Assembly: GCA_963784355.1 (NCBI GenBank)
Contig: CAWAQU010000007.1
Span: 125,618-189,617 of the forward strand
Source of the DNA: an uncultured bacterium
Lineage (GTDB): Bacteria; Patescibacteriota; JACMRA01
Reading direction: 5' to 3'
DNA: 64,000 nt
Under the pieces are notes generated by a model. That model had not been told where the DNA came from. It saw only the letters and a program-made list of their open reading frames with translations, and did not search any database. A program made the translations under genes and the position numbers. Position 1 is the first letter of the stretch; each line of letters opens with the position of its first letter. Positions 49,956 to 59,426 of this stretch are shown here, piece by piece.

Positions 49956-50855
49956 TTATTTACTATGAGTTTGGACTTGTTCGATAAAAATTTCATTTAA
50001 AGTTGGCAAGATTTCATTTACCCCTGTAATTTGCAATCCTTCATCAATCAAATATTTTATAAGTAGGGTAGGGGTCTGTCCCTGGTTTAACTGAAATATG
50101 AGATGTGTTCGAGTTACTTCCTTTATAGTAAAATTACTCTTCAATAATCTGGCTGGTGTGGTGCCTACATAGTCTACCTTGAACAAATTTTTCTTAAAAT
50201 GACTTTTGATTTCCTGTACATTTCCATCCAATACTTTTTTGCCTTCATCTATTAGGACAATGTTCTGGCAAATCTCCTCAACCTGCTCCATACGATGCGT
50301 AGAAAATATAACTGTAGTACCTTTTTTCTGTAGAGCATTTATTTCTGAGTTGATTAAATTTGCATTGATCGGATCTAGTCCACTAAGCGGTTCATCTAAA
50401 ATAAGTAGTTTCGGCTCATGAATAACTGTAGTAATAAATTGGATTTTTTGCTGCATTCCCTTGCTCAGCTCAGTGATTTTTTTATTGGACCAATCTTTAA
50501 TATCAAATTTGTCGAGCCAAAAATTAGTTTTTTGTTTAGCTTGTTTATAATTCAAACCTTTCAGCTGAGCTAAATATATAATTTGTTCTGCAACCTTCAT
50601 CTGAGGGTACAAACCTCTTTCCTCGGGCATATAGCCTATCATGCCGATATGTTTTGGACCAAGCTTCTCTTCATTCAAATAAATTTCACCACTATCAGGA
50701 AAAAATATTTGGTTAATCATTCTAATCAGAGTTGTTTTCCCGGCCCCATTTGGTCCCAAAAGCCCAAAAATTGAACCTTGAGCAACTTCAAAACTAACAT
50801 GGTCTACGGCAGCTTTTTTTTGATAGGATTTAGTTACGTTCAAAATTTTTAACAT
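49956..50855 (-). CDS. ABC exporter ATP-binding protein
   Basis: GPNGAGKTT, YMPEERGLY, LSKGMQQK, LDEPLSGLD. Confidence 0.95.
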   Translation of the reverse strand: MLKILNVTKSYQKKAAVDHVSFEVAQGSIFGLLGPNGAGKTTLIRMINQIFFPDSGEIYLNEEKLGPKHIGMIGYMPEERGLYPQMKVAEQIIYLAQLKGLNYKQAKQKTNFWLDKFDIKDWSNKKITELSKGMQQKIQFITTVIHEPKLLILDEPLSGLDPINANLINSEINALQKKGTTVIFSTHRMEQVEEICQNIVLIDEGKKVLDGNVQEIKSHFKKNLFKVDYVGTTPARLLKSNFTIKEVTRTHLIFQLNQGQTPTLLIKYLIDEGLQITGVNEILPTLNEIFIEQVQTHSK

Positions 50856-50936
50856 AAAGTTTTCTATTTTAACAAATTTTAGGATTGATATATTTTACTT
50901 GTGTACTAAGCAATGATAACATCTTTAGCTTATGTC

Positions 50937-51522
50937 TTAGTCAAGCTTGAAACCTCCTGAAATCCAAAAAAATGCAAATAAAGATGTGTAAATAACAGCA
51001 AATACTAATAATCCGATTTTGGAATACTTATTATGTAGTTTTTTATAAGCAACTATAGAGGAAATAAGGAGTAAAATAATTTCAACTAAAGATATAATTC
51101 TACCAAAATGATGCAAATCATAGTATGAAATGGGTGAATGGAATTTCCACATGCTAAATGGTGTAAAATGAGCATAAGCATCATCTGCATGTACAAAAAA
51201 GTCGAGTCCAATATGTAAAAGCATGCTTGAAAAAAAATACTGAAGCCAGACTTTTCTTTTTATAATAGCTATTAGTAGACAAAGTGGCCACAACCATAAT
51301 GAGTGTGTTAGACCAAAAATGTATTGCCAAAAAGGTTCATAGTAGACTTGTCCACTAACTTTTTCAAAAGGTATTTTCAAAATCAAAATTTGCACAGGAA
51401 AAAAAAGCCAAGTCAAAAAATCAGGTAAAATGGCTCCTATTAAAATTGCTGAATTGTACTGAGGTTTGTTTTTTTCTAGCTAGAATGGCTAAATTATAAA
51501 TGGCATGGCTAGGAGTTGTCAT
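50937..51522 (-). pseudogene. Membrane metal-dependent hydrolase-like gene with a frameshift in an A7 run (T7 at 51469-51475 on the + strand)
   Basis: ATG 51522 gives MTTPSHAIYNLAILARK. Removing one A continues into NKPQYNSAILIGAILPD...THS...LHIGLDFFVH...SPISYYD. Confidence 0.75.
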
Positions 51523-51524
51523 AA

Positions 51525-52229
51525 TTAACTATTTCTTGCTTTATACTTTTTTCTCCAATACTCTTCTATAACTACGGACACTACAGCAATTCCCATCAGT
51601 ATTAAAAATACTCTTAAACCAATATTTCCCGGCTCTATTAAACTTGCACCAATTGCTACGTAAATCGGCACATTGATGCTTGAGCTGATTAAGACTGCAA
51701 TAATAAATCTCCTGTACTCAATTTTGGTTAGTCCTATTGTATAACATAGCATATTGAAAGCTGCGGAAGACAAAAAAGGTACTAATAATAAAGGATTACT
51801 TGAGTTAATTTTGCTTGCCAAAAAATTTAGTCTCTTAAAAGCCTTATTTACTGAATCTCTACTAAATAAATGTGTAATGAGCTGTTGTCCATATTGCCTT
51901 GCAATCCAGAAATTTAAACTAGCCCCCATAGCTGCAGAAAGTATAGAATAAAAAATACCTTCCCAAAAACCAAACAACGCGCCTGAGGATAAAATTAATA
52001 CACTTCCTCCACCTGTAGGCGAGATCATGATAGTTACAATATGAAAAAGTATAAATAAAATCGGTCCAAGCGGTCCTGATTGTACTATAATATCTTTTAC
52101 TTTATCAATGCCCACAGTGCGAGTAATGATAGAAAAAGCTATACCCAATATTACAAGGGGTAATAGACCTATGATAATAGATTTAACTTGAAATTGTGGT
52201 TTGGTTTTAAGGTTATTAAGTTCGGTCAA
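51525..52229 (-). CDS. TVP38/TMEM64 (DedA/VTT) membrane protein
   Basis: GALFGFWEG, GASLNFWIARQYG, GLTKIEYRRF. Confidence 0.85.
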   Translation of the reverse strand: MTELNNLKTKPQFQVKSIIIGLLPLVILGIAFSIITRTVGIDKVKDIIVQSGPLGPILFILFHIVTIMISPTGGGSVLILSSGALFGFWEGIFYSILSAAMGASLNFWIARQYGQQLITHLFSRDSVNKAFKRLNFLASKINSSNPLLLVPFLSSAAFNMLCYTIGLTKIEYRRFIIAVLISSSINVPIYVAIGASLIEPGNIGLRVFLILMGIAVVSVVIEEYWRKKYKARNS

Positions 52230-52346
52230 AAAGCAATTTAGTTATATTAAGATAACAGTTACAAATTAATTCTGTTATGGCAATATAAAAAAATGAGAAA
52301 TAGTAAATTTATACCTGAATTCTTTGATTAACTTGAATACAATTGA

Positions 52347-53420
52347 CTAATTTTCAAGTCTCTCAAAATACATTTTAGCAGCGATTGTCCATAGTTGTGG
52401 ATCGCAACCGACTTTGGTAAATTTTTGATCACCAATGAAGTACAATTCCGGAGCACTATCCAAATAGTTGTTTATTCTGCTACTAACTTCACAAATATCA
52501 CCTAGTCCAAAATTTTTAGCTCCTTGGTGGATAATAGCCTGCTCAAAAGGCCACAAAGTGCAAGAATGATAGGAATCCTTTATATCACAATAATCTGCAC
52601 TCATGGTCCTATATCCCAGCTCAGTTTCCAAATTTTTAGCCATGGCTTGGATTGACCTTAATTCTACATCATTTAAATCTCCCTTTTCCAAATAGTACAG
52701 TCCATGAAGCATGTCACTTGAAGCTAAGCAAATACTGCCCTCATCATCCTTAACTACTGCAAATAAATCTTTTTTTTCATCAAATAGGATGTGTAGTCGT
52801 TGTACCATTTGATCTATTTTTTGGTGTAGATCTTGAGTTTTCAGCAAAATTTGAGCACACCTCAAAGCTTTTAAATTTTGAATGTGGGCAAGTGTGTAGG
52901 TAATCGGGTATTTTGGCTCTCCATTGGTTCTACCTGTCAAACTTGAATCCTTCCAATAAGTTACTTTCAAACCAAATTTAGTACTACCACTAAATTCCGG
53001 AGATTCTACAAACAAATTTTCAGGAGTATGTTTTAGAATATATTCCACACTTTTTTCAATGTGAATTTTGAACTTCTCAATAAACAAATTATTATTTACA
53101 AATTTTTGATAATACTCTAATCCGATTAAAAATAAAGCAGTGGTATCACAAGCATTATATTCTGTGGAAAGTCCAGCTATTTCTACTCCTGGATACTCAT
53201 GAAAAATTTTACCAGGCTCTTCTCCAGTGTAGGAGTTATTTGCTTTGCCCTGTTTTTCTGCACAAAATAGTAATTGAGTTTTCAGCGTTACTAGATCGTG
53301 CATGAGCATAGCTGAGATAATTCCGTCGCGTGTGAAGTTTCGGGGGAAATGCGGTAATCCGGCTTTGTACAGACCGTTTTCTAATTTCAAAGATTCTAGT
53401 GATTGTAAATTTTGGTCCAT
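52347..53420 (-). CDS. Amylo-alpha-1,6-glucosidase-like (six-hairpin) glycoside hydrolase
   Basis: AGLPHFPRNFTRD, EEPGKIFHE, DTTALF, WKDS, YHSCTLWPFE, CDPQLW. Confidence 0.85.
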   Translation of the reverse strand: MDQNLQSLESLKLENGLYKAGLPHFPRNFTRDGIISAMLMHDLVTLKTQLLFCAEKQGKANNSYTGEEPGKIFHEYPGVEIAGLSTEYNACDTTALFLIGLEYYQKFVNNNLFIEKFKIHIEKSVEYILKHTPENLFVESPEFSGSTKFGLKVTYWKDSSLTGRTNGEPKYPITYTLAHIQNLKALRCAQILLKTQDLHQKIDQMVQRLHILFDEKKDLFAVVKDDEGSICLASSDMLHGLYYLEKGDLNDVELRSIQAMAKNLETELGYRTMSADYCDIKDSYHSCTLWPFEQAIIHQGAKNFGLGDICEVSSRINNYLDSAPELYFIGDQKFTKVGCDPQLWTIAAKMYFERLEN

Positions 53421-53617
53421 TATAATACAATTCTACTTTAAAAATTATGATTTGTAAAATTGTGTCACGCGTACGTACTATGTTAATGTAGGTTTATACT
53501 ATTATTTTAGATTAAAATGCTAATTATAAGTAGCAATACCTTGACCAAAAGCAACAATTATGTTTTAAAGTTGTTTATTTACTGCCTGTGCCTCACCAAA
53601 ATTAATTTAAAATTACT

Positions 53618-53643
53618 ACCCGTACCACTGGTATTGGGTTTTT
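53618..53643 (+). terminator. Terminator-like hairpin in the leader of the GT4 gene
   Basis: ACCC-GTACC-act-GGTAT-t-GGGT followed by a T run, about 30 nt before the ATG. Confidence 0.4.
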
Positions 53644-53674
53644 ACTCTGTTGTTATTAAATAATAAAAAAATAT

Positions 53675-54805
53675 ATGAAAATTGCTATAGTGTCGTCACC
53701 TTATTTACCGGTTCCACCAAAAAAATATGGAGGCACGGAAAGAATCGTGGAATTTTTAACACATGGTTTATTGGAGCTCGGACACGAACCTATTCTACTG
53801 GCTCCCGGTGATTCTGAAATAGATTGTGAAATAATTCCGATTTGCGAAAAAGCCTTATATTTCCCTAAAAACAAAGAAGAAAAAGTAATAATGCAACCTA
53901 TTTTTGATGCGGCTATAGAAAAAACTAGGCAAGAGCTTGGCAAATTGACTGAAAGAGTCGATATAATCCATTCACACGGTTTTGATTTAGAAGAGTTTCA
54001 AAACTTTCCGAATTTAACTACACTTCATAATCGTATTGATTTGCCTGAGATATCTTACTTTTTAGAGCGAAAAGGTCTTTACTACGCATCAATTTCTAAA
54101 AATCAACAAGAAACTTTTCCTGATTTGCAATATGTAGGTGCGGTTTACAACGGTTTGGATCCTGAGCCGTTTACTTTTGTAGAGGAACCTGAAGACTATT
54201 TATGTTTTTTAGGTAGATTTGATAGAGATAAATTACCTCATCTTGCTATGCAAATGGCTATTACACTTGGTAAAAAAATCAAGCTTGCCGGTAAAATAGA
54301 TTATGTAGGCAATGAATACTTTGAAAGAGAATGCAAGCCATTATTTGATCATCCACTTGTAGAATATTTAGGTGAGCTTGGAATGGAAGAGAAGGTTGAA
54401 CTCATTAGCAAAGCTAAATGTAATTTACATCCTACCGGCTTTCGTGAGCCATTTGGCTTAAGTGTACTTGAAGCTGCCTACTGCGGCACTCCTACGATGG
54501 CTATCGATAGAGGTTCAATGCCTGAATTGATTGAGCATGAAAGAACCGGTATTTTGGTAGAAGATTTTGCAGAGGGGTACCATTTGATCAATAAATGCTA
54601 TGAAATGGATAGAGGGTATATTTCTCAAAGAGCAAAGAGACTATTTAACTATAAAATCATGGCCAAACAGTATGTAATGGCCTATGAAAAAGTGACTGAG
54701 ATTTTTAAGAAAAAACATCACGAAGACGAGGCAGAGAAAGCAAAAATTTTACAGGAAACAAAAGGCCAATTAAAAGGCTATTGGAAAGGTGTTACCCAAA
54801 AGTAG
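53675..54805 (+). CDS. Glycosyltransferase family 4
   Basis: VPPKKYGGTE, FLGRF, REPFGLSVLEAAYCGTP. Confidence 0.92.
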   Translation: MKIAIVSSPYLPVPPKKYGGTERIVEFLTHGLLELGHEPILLAPGDSEIDCEIIPICEKALYFPKNKEEKVIMQPIFDAAIEKTRQELGKLTERVDIIHSHGFDLEEFQNFPNLTTLHNRIDLPEISYFLERKGLYYASISKNQQETFPDLQYVGAVYNGLDPEPFTFVEEPEDYLCFLGRFDRDKLPHLAMQMAITLGKKIKLAGKIDYVGNEYFERECKPLFDHPLVEYLGELGMEEKVELISKAKCNLHPTGFREPFGLSVLEAAYCGTPTMAIDRGSMPELIEHERTGILVEDFAEGYHLINKCYEMDRGYISQRAKRLFNYKIMAKQYVMAYEKVTEIFKKKHHEDEAEKAKILQETKGQLKGYWKGVTQK

Positions 54806-54845
54806 TTCAACAAGTAATATCAAGTGTTAAATTACTCATCTATTT

Positions 54846-55391
54846 TTAAAAATCAGTAAGTTGTTTGCCCGAATAGTGTTGAACTGCGAATCCGTAAGTT
54901 AACTTAAAAAAGTAAATAAATGGAAACCAACTAAAACCGCTTGGTAGAGTAAAAAATAGACTAAAAATAATAGTACTTATTACAACACAGGCTGCGGCGA
55001 CCTGTTTTTGATATTCGAGCTTTGTTAAAAATCTTATAATTAAACTCGTAATCAACATAATTATATACAAAAACCAAAAGGAGAGCCAGTTAGTACCAAA
55101 AAATATTACTAAAAGCAGCGGTTGAATAAAATGTACAAGTAAAAAAGTAATACTGAGCTTGGTTGAGTTATGGTAAAATGTATTTACAGATTTAGTAAGG
55201 TTGGCACTTACTCCGCCGACCAAATCAGCAATTATTAAAAAAGCTATTAATGATTGAATTATTGACCAATTTAGACCTTGTATTCTTGCAGTAATTAGTA
55301 CTAAACAGGCTACCAAAAAACCAGAGGTGTAACTAATAATTTGGTCTTTTAATTTTGGGTTTGGGCCTTCCAGTAAAATTGAAAAATTCAT
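54846..55391 (-). CDS. Hypothetical integral membrane protein
   Basis: Several TM segments. DLVGGVSANLT and FLLVH motifs. Confidence 0.75.
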   Translation of the reverse strand: MNFSILLEGPNPKLKDQIISYTSGFLVACLVLITARIQGLNWSIIQSLIAFLIIADLVGGVSANLTKSVNTFYHNSTKLSITFLLVHFIQPLLLVIFFGTNWLSFWFLYIIMLITSLIIRFLTKLEYQKQVAAACVVISTIIFSLFFTLPSGFSWFPFIYFFKLTYGFAVQHYSGKQLTDF

Positions 55392-55427
55392 ATATCGTTT
55401 AATAAAGACAAGGTGGCAATTGATAAA

Positions 55428-55898
55428 TTAGGATTTGCTTTGTTGCTCAAGTAGAGCTCTAAGATTTTTTAATTCTTCCTGCAATATTCCAATTTCAGCT
55501 TTTATACTAGAAGTCTTTTTAACGTGGGAGGTGATAGCCTGCACTTCTTGTTGTATTATTTCAATTTGTTTCTCAGCTATAAGATTTACCTGAAAATCAG
55601 CTTCAGCTCGCTTTCTGTCTTTTTCTTCTTGCCTATTTTGGCTCATCATAATAATTGGCGCAGTGTATGCAGCCTGAAATGAGAGTGTTAAATTAAGTAA
55701 GATAAAAGGGTAGGGGTCCCAGGTTAAGATACCAGTGCTGTTTAGAGTAATCCAAATTGAAATAATAATTGATTGAATAATAATAAATTTCCAACTTCCT
55801 ACCGTTTCCGCTACCCTATCAGCTACCCTTTGGCCCATGCTAAATTTTTCATCATCTTGGCTTGATACAATATCGTAGATTGGACTTTTGCTTTTCAT
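55428..55898 (-). CDS. DUF1003 domain membrane protein
   Basis: GQRVADRVA..VGSWKF, DPYPFILLNL, AYTAPIIMMSQNRQ. Confidence 0.92.
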   Translation of the reverse strand: MKSKSPIYDIVSSQDDEKFSMGQRVADRVAETVGSWKFIIIQSIIISIWITLNSTGILTWDPYPFILLNLTLSFQAAYTAPIIMMSQNRQEEKDRKRAEADFQVNLIAEKQIEIIQQEVQAITSHVKKTSSIKAEIGILQEELKNLRALLEQQSKS

Positions 55899-55993
55899 AC
55901 TACTTATTATACCCTGTATATTTGTTATAGTCAAAACAGAAAAAAATATATAAATAACAAGAAACTTAGGGTAGAATTGTAATGTTTAAGTGT

Positions 55994-56040
55994 TTGACAA
56001 ACATAAGTTAATATGCTATACTACCTTGTATAGCCAAGTA
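55994..56040 (+). promoter_or_regulatory. padR promoter (TTGACA-N17-TATACT) with adjacent imperfect inverted repeat TACCTTG-tatag-CCAAGTA (candidate autoregulatory operator)
   Basis: Near-consensus promoter with extended -10 TG. Inverted repeat at 56022-56040. Confidence 0.65.
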
Positions 56041-56042
56041 CT

Positions 56043-56375
56043 ATGGAAATAAATGAACTAGAAAATCTGAAGTCACAATCAAGAAAGGGTATGCTCGAGT
56101 TTTGTATTTTGCTTTTAGCTGATAAAGAAGCAGTGTATGTACTTGATATTCTCGAAAAATTAAAAACATCCGGTTTAAAAGTTGCAGAGGGTACGTTGTA
56201 TCCTTTACTAAATCGCCTGAAAAAACAGGGATGGCTTACTTATGAATGGCAAGAATCTAAAAGTGGACCACCACGAAAATATTATAGAATTACGGAAAAC
56301 GGAAAAACTGCTTTAGAGGCTTTACATAAAAATTGGCTGGAGTTAAATCAAACAATCATTTTACTCAAAAAATAA
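56043..56375 (+). CDS. PadR family transcriptional regulator
   Basis: RKGMLEFCIL, EGTLYPLLNRL, GPPRKYYRIT..G. Confidence 0.95.
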   Translation: MEINELENLKSQSRKGMLEFCILLLADKEAVYVLDILEKLKTSGLKVAEGTLYPLLNRLKKQGWLTYEWQESKSGPPRKYYRITENGKTALEALHKNWLELNQTIILLKK

Positions 56376-56434
56376 CTTTTATAATGACATTTGGGCACTA
56401 ACTGATATCCTGCTTTAAAATTTTAAATGTGAAA

Positions 56435-56812
56435 TTAACTAATAAATACCTCTTTTTCCTGCACGTTTGATTCGTCAATATCGTTATAAATTAGCCTAGC
56501 TTTGATTGGCTTCACGTTAAAATCTCTAAGTGTCGGTCTTATCAATTCAAATAATTCATCAGCATTTGAGGTAGAAAAGTATAATTCTGCATCTCCAATC
56601 CCAAAGCCCTCACCGTCAAATTCCCCTAAACCACTACTTTCGGCAATTTCCTCCAGAGTTTCTACTAGTTCTATAATATTTTGTTTGTCTTTGCTGTTTC
56701 CTGTTCCGTACATATCTAAAGTAAAAACTAAAGCAATTGCTTGGGGGTAAGTATCTTGTGAAATAAGTTGTGATTGCTTTGTATTAATTAAAAAATTTAG
56801 GTTTTCTGTCAT
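56435..56812 (-). CDS. Hypothetical acidic protein
   Basis: 125-aa ORF with LEE...SGLGEFDG.GFG...ELYF...NADELFELIRP. Confidence 0.75.
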   Translation of the reverse strand: MTENLNFLINTKQSQLISQDTYPQAIALVFTLDMYGTGNSKDKQNIIELVETLEEIAESSGLGEFDGEGFGIGDAELYFSTSNADELFELIRPTLRDFNVKPIKARLIYNDIDESNVQEKEVFIS

Positions 56813-56980
56813 AAATTTGGTTTTTTATTGTTATTAATATTTCAGATTGTTGGTCTAAAAAGGGTAGAAATGTATTTAGGGATTTGTAAGTTTGAGTCAA
56901 GTAGATTTTAGATACAGAGCACAATTTAGCCCCAGATAGGGACTTTTAAGATATAATAGAAATTGAGTTAAGTAAATAAT

Positions 56981-57751
56981 CTATAAGTATTTATTCAGGT
57001 GCTCTTCAGCTATAGTTATAAAATTTTGTATAGTAGGATTTTCAATACCTGTAAAATCAATATCAGATTGTAAAAGATAATACAAAATGGAAATAAACTT
57101 TCCTAAATATCTTTCAAGTAATTCTAATTCAGGGCGCTCAGTTACATTTAAAATAAAACTCTTAAATCCTCTATTTTCTAAATGTCCTCTGGTACTTTGA
57201 TTGAAGGACATTGGGGTACTGAGATCTATTTTTACTATATTTGTTACTGCCCTAGATTCTTGATTTGTGCTTGCTTTAATAAAATTAATATGCTCCCGTA
57301 AAATAGTTGCTATTTCTTGTTTACTCATTTTTGACTTATTAGAATTGATCTCAACTAAATTTTCGTACATAGCCTTTAAACCTGCATAATGCTCAACTAT
57401 CTCCTTATTATTTTCTCTAATTATGGCGTACTCTTTTGCTACTTCCAGCTTTACAATTTTTTTCCTCAGGTCCATTTTCCTCAGCTTATCTACTTCTGCA
57501 ACAATTTTAGCAAATGGCATACCAGTTTGAGCTTCCAACTCTTTAATCTTGCTAATTGCTTCACTAGCGATTTCCTCAAATTTTTTAGAGATATTTGGTT
57601 GGTAACTATCCTCGCTCCCTCCATTTTTTAAAGATGTCTTCTCTTTTTGTTGATTAGGTTTATTTAAAAATGTAAGTGTAGTTGAAATTGCTTGTTTTTC
57701 TAACTGCTCTCTTATATTTTTATTATCTTCAATTTTTGTACGTTCTATCAT
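56981..57751 (-). CDS. Hypothetical helical protein
   Basis: 256-aa ORF with no recognisable motif. Confidence 0.65.
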   Translation of the reverse strand: MIERTKIEDNKNIREQLEKQAISTTLTFLNKPNQQKEKTSLKNGGSEDSYQPNISKKFEEIASEAISKIKELEAQTGMPFAKIVAEVDKLRKMDLRKKIVKLEVAKEYAIIRENNKEIVEHYAGLKAMYENLVEINSNKSKMSKQEIATILREHINFIKASTNQESRAVTNIVKIDLSTPMSFNQSTRGHLENRGFKSFILNVTERPELELLERYLGKFISILYYLLQSDIDFTGIENPTIQNFITIAEEHLNKYL

Positions 57752-57919
57752 ATAAATTTCTTTATAGCATAAAAAAAGGCCTTGGTCAAAATTGGGAGTT
57801 AGTTAGTTTTGATAAGCGTACTAAAATTCATAATATTCAAATTACAGACTTGACTATAAACTAAAACAAATTCACTTAGCTAACATAATATATTTATATA
57901 CAAATTTTATTTCATTTTT

Positions 57920-58612
57920 ATGTTCAATAATAAAAGCAGGTTAATACCTCTAATTGCAGTTTTAGTTCTAGTCTTGGGTTTATTTGCCTATTTTACAATG
58001 GGTAATAATGCTAAAAATTCAGACAGCAAGTCGAATTCTACCACAAACAGCAATTCTTCTAATCAATCATCACAATCTCAGTTATCTACAGTTTCGTCTA
58101 ATCAAAGCAGCCAAGCGGAAAAACTTGATATCACTAAAGCTGTAGGATCGTACAGTGGAACCGGAACTATTTTAACTTCAAGTTTGGTTTTTCCAAAAAC
58201 TACTTTTACACTTACTGCTGATAGCAAATTTGTACTTGATGCAAAAGGTTTGGATTTAGCTTTGTTAAATGATGAAGCTTTGAAAGTACAAGGACAGTTT
58301 CCTGTTGCCGGAGTAAAGGTAAACGGTACTGCACTTCCAAAAGCAGATGGTACCGTTGATATGAGAGCTACTGCAGTAAGCCCGATGTTTACCGTTGGTG
58401 GCCAAGTTCTACCTGAGTCAGCTACTCCACAGATTTTGGAAGGTTTAAAGAAATATGGGATTATATTACCAGTAGTTTCTGAAACACAACCATTAATAGT
58501 GGCTACTGAAGTAGAAAAACAGGACACTAAATTGGTTATAAATAATTTGCCTGATAGCAATTTTGTTGTGAAGTTCAGTGGAAATCCTAGTACAAGTTCT
58601 TCCGCAAACTAA
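57920..58612 (+). CDS. Membrane-anchored hypothetical protein with Ser/Asn/Gln linker
   Basis: N-terminal TM, low-complexity linker, beta-rich domain. Confidence 0.75.
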   Translation: MFNNKSRLIPLIAVLVLVLGLFAYFTMGNNAKNSDSKSNSTTNSNSSNQSSQSQLSTVSSNQSSQAEKLDITKAVGSYSGTGTILTSSLVFPKTTFTLTADSKFVLDAKGLDLALLNDEALKVQGQFPVAGVKVNGTALPKADGTVDMRATAVSPMFTVGGQVLPESATPQILEGLKKYGIILPVVSETQPLIVATEVEKQDTKLVINNLPDSNFVVKFSGNPSTSSSAN

Positions 58613-58627
58613 CTAACTATACTTAAT

Positions 58628-58653
58628 CATTTCTACTAGCCCCTATGTGGGGT
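58628..58653 (+). terminator. Intrinsic terminator
   Basis: AGCCCC-tatgt-GGGGTT followed by TTTCTTTTT directly after the stop of the 57920 gene. Confidence 0.65.
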
Positions 58654-58769
58654 TTTTCTTTTTCACTGATTGACACAAACAGCAATTAATAATTAACTGG
58701 CTCATAACTAAAATATAAACAATTCTAAGTTTATCATAATTCTCGTACCACAAATATAAAAACAATAAT

Positions 58770-59426
58770 ATGTACTTTGGACCATATAATTTAAATAGAC
58801 TCCCCAGCCTAATTATCCAAAATCTAGAAGTACCTATAACGTCTTCGATTACTCATATCTGGGGTCCTAATGGTGTTGGTAAATCTACTTTAATGAGCTT
58901 AATTTTGGAAGAGATAAAGTCTAAAAAACTAAAATTTGCCTATATAAATCAAAATTACAGAAGCAATTGGCTTTGGTGGTTTAGTGTGCGAAAAAATCTG
59001 GAAATGGCCGCCAAAAAAACAAATTTTACAATGCTTGAGGATTTGCCTGTAATTCAAAAAAATATTAGTTGGTTAAAACCGTTTTTGGATGATGAAACTA
59101 AGCAAGTGAATTTTGCTAAGGAAAATGAGTTTAACACAATGAACTTAAGTGGGGGTCAACTGCAAAGACTAATATTGCTTAGAGAATTGCTACACAATCC
59201 GGATTTTTTGCTACTAGATGAGTCATTTTCTGCACTTGATAAAAATGTATCTTTGGAAATTATTGATTGGCTACTAAAAGAGCAAGAATTGTCAGGATTC
59301 AAGATTATTTCTATTGTACATGATAAAAGCCTACTAAAATCAATGCCCGGGCAAATCTTGGAGTTGAGCTTAGGTGAAGGAAAAGTTTTACAATTAAATG
59401 AGAAAGATTATGAGAAATTTATTTAA
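58770..59426 (+). CDS. ABC importer ATP-binding protein (SsuB/TauB-like)
   Basis: GPNGVGKST, LSGGQLQR, LLDESFSALD. Confidence 0.85.
   Translation: MYFGPYNLNRLPSLIIQNLEVPITSSITHIWGPNGVGKSTLMSLILEEIKSKKLKFAYINQNYRSNWLWWFSVRKNLEMAAKKTNFTMLEDLPVIQKNISWLKPFLDDETKQVNFAKENEFNTMNLSGGQLQRLILLRELLHNPDFLLLDESFSALDKNVSLEIIDWLLKEQELSGFKIISIVHDKSLLKSMPGQILELSLGEGKVLQLNEKDYEKFI

Noticed and set aside
58613-58769. TPP or other riboswitch before the ABC importer
   Set aside because: The only hairpin is the terminator of the upstream gene. The rest is AT-rich with no aptamer consensus.
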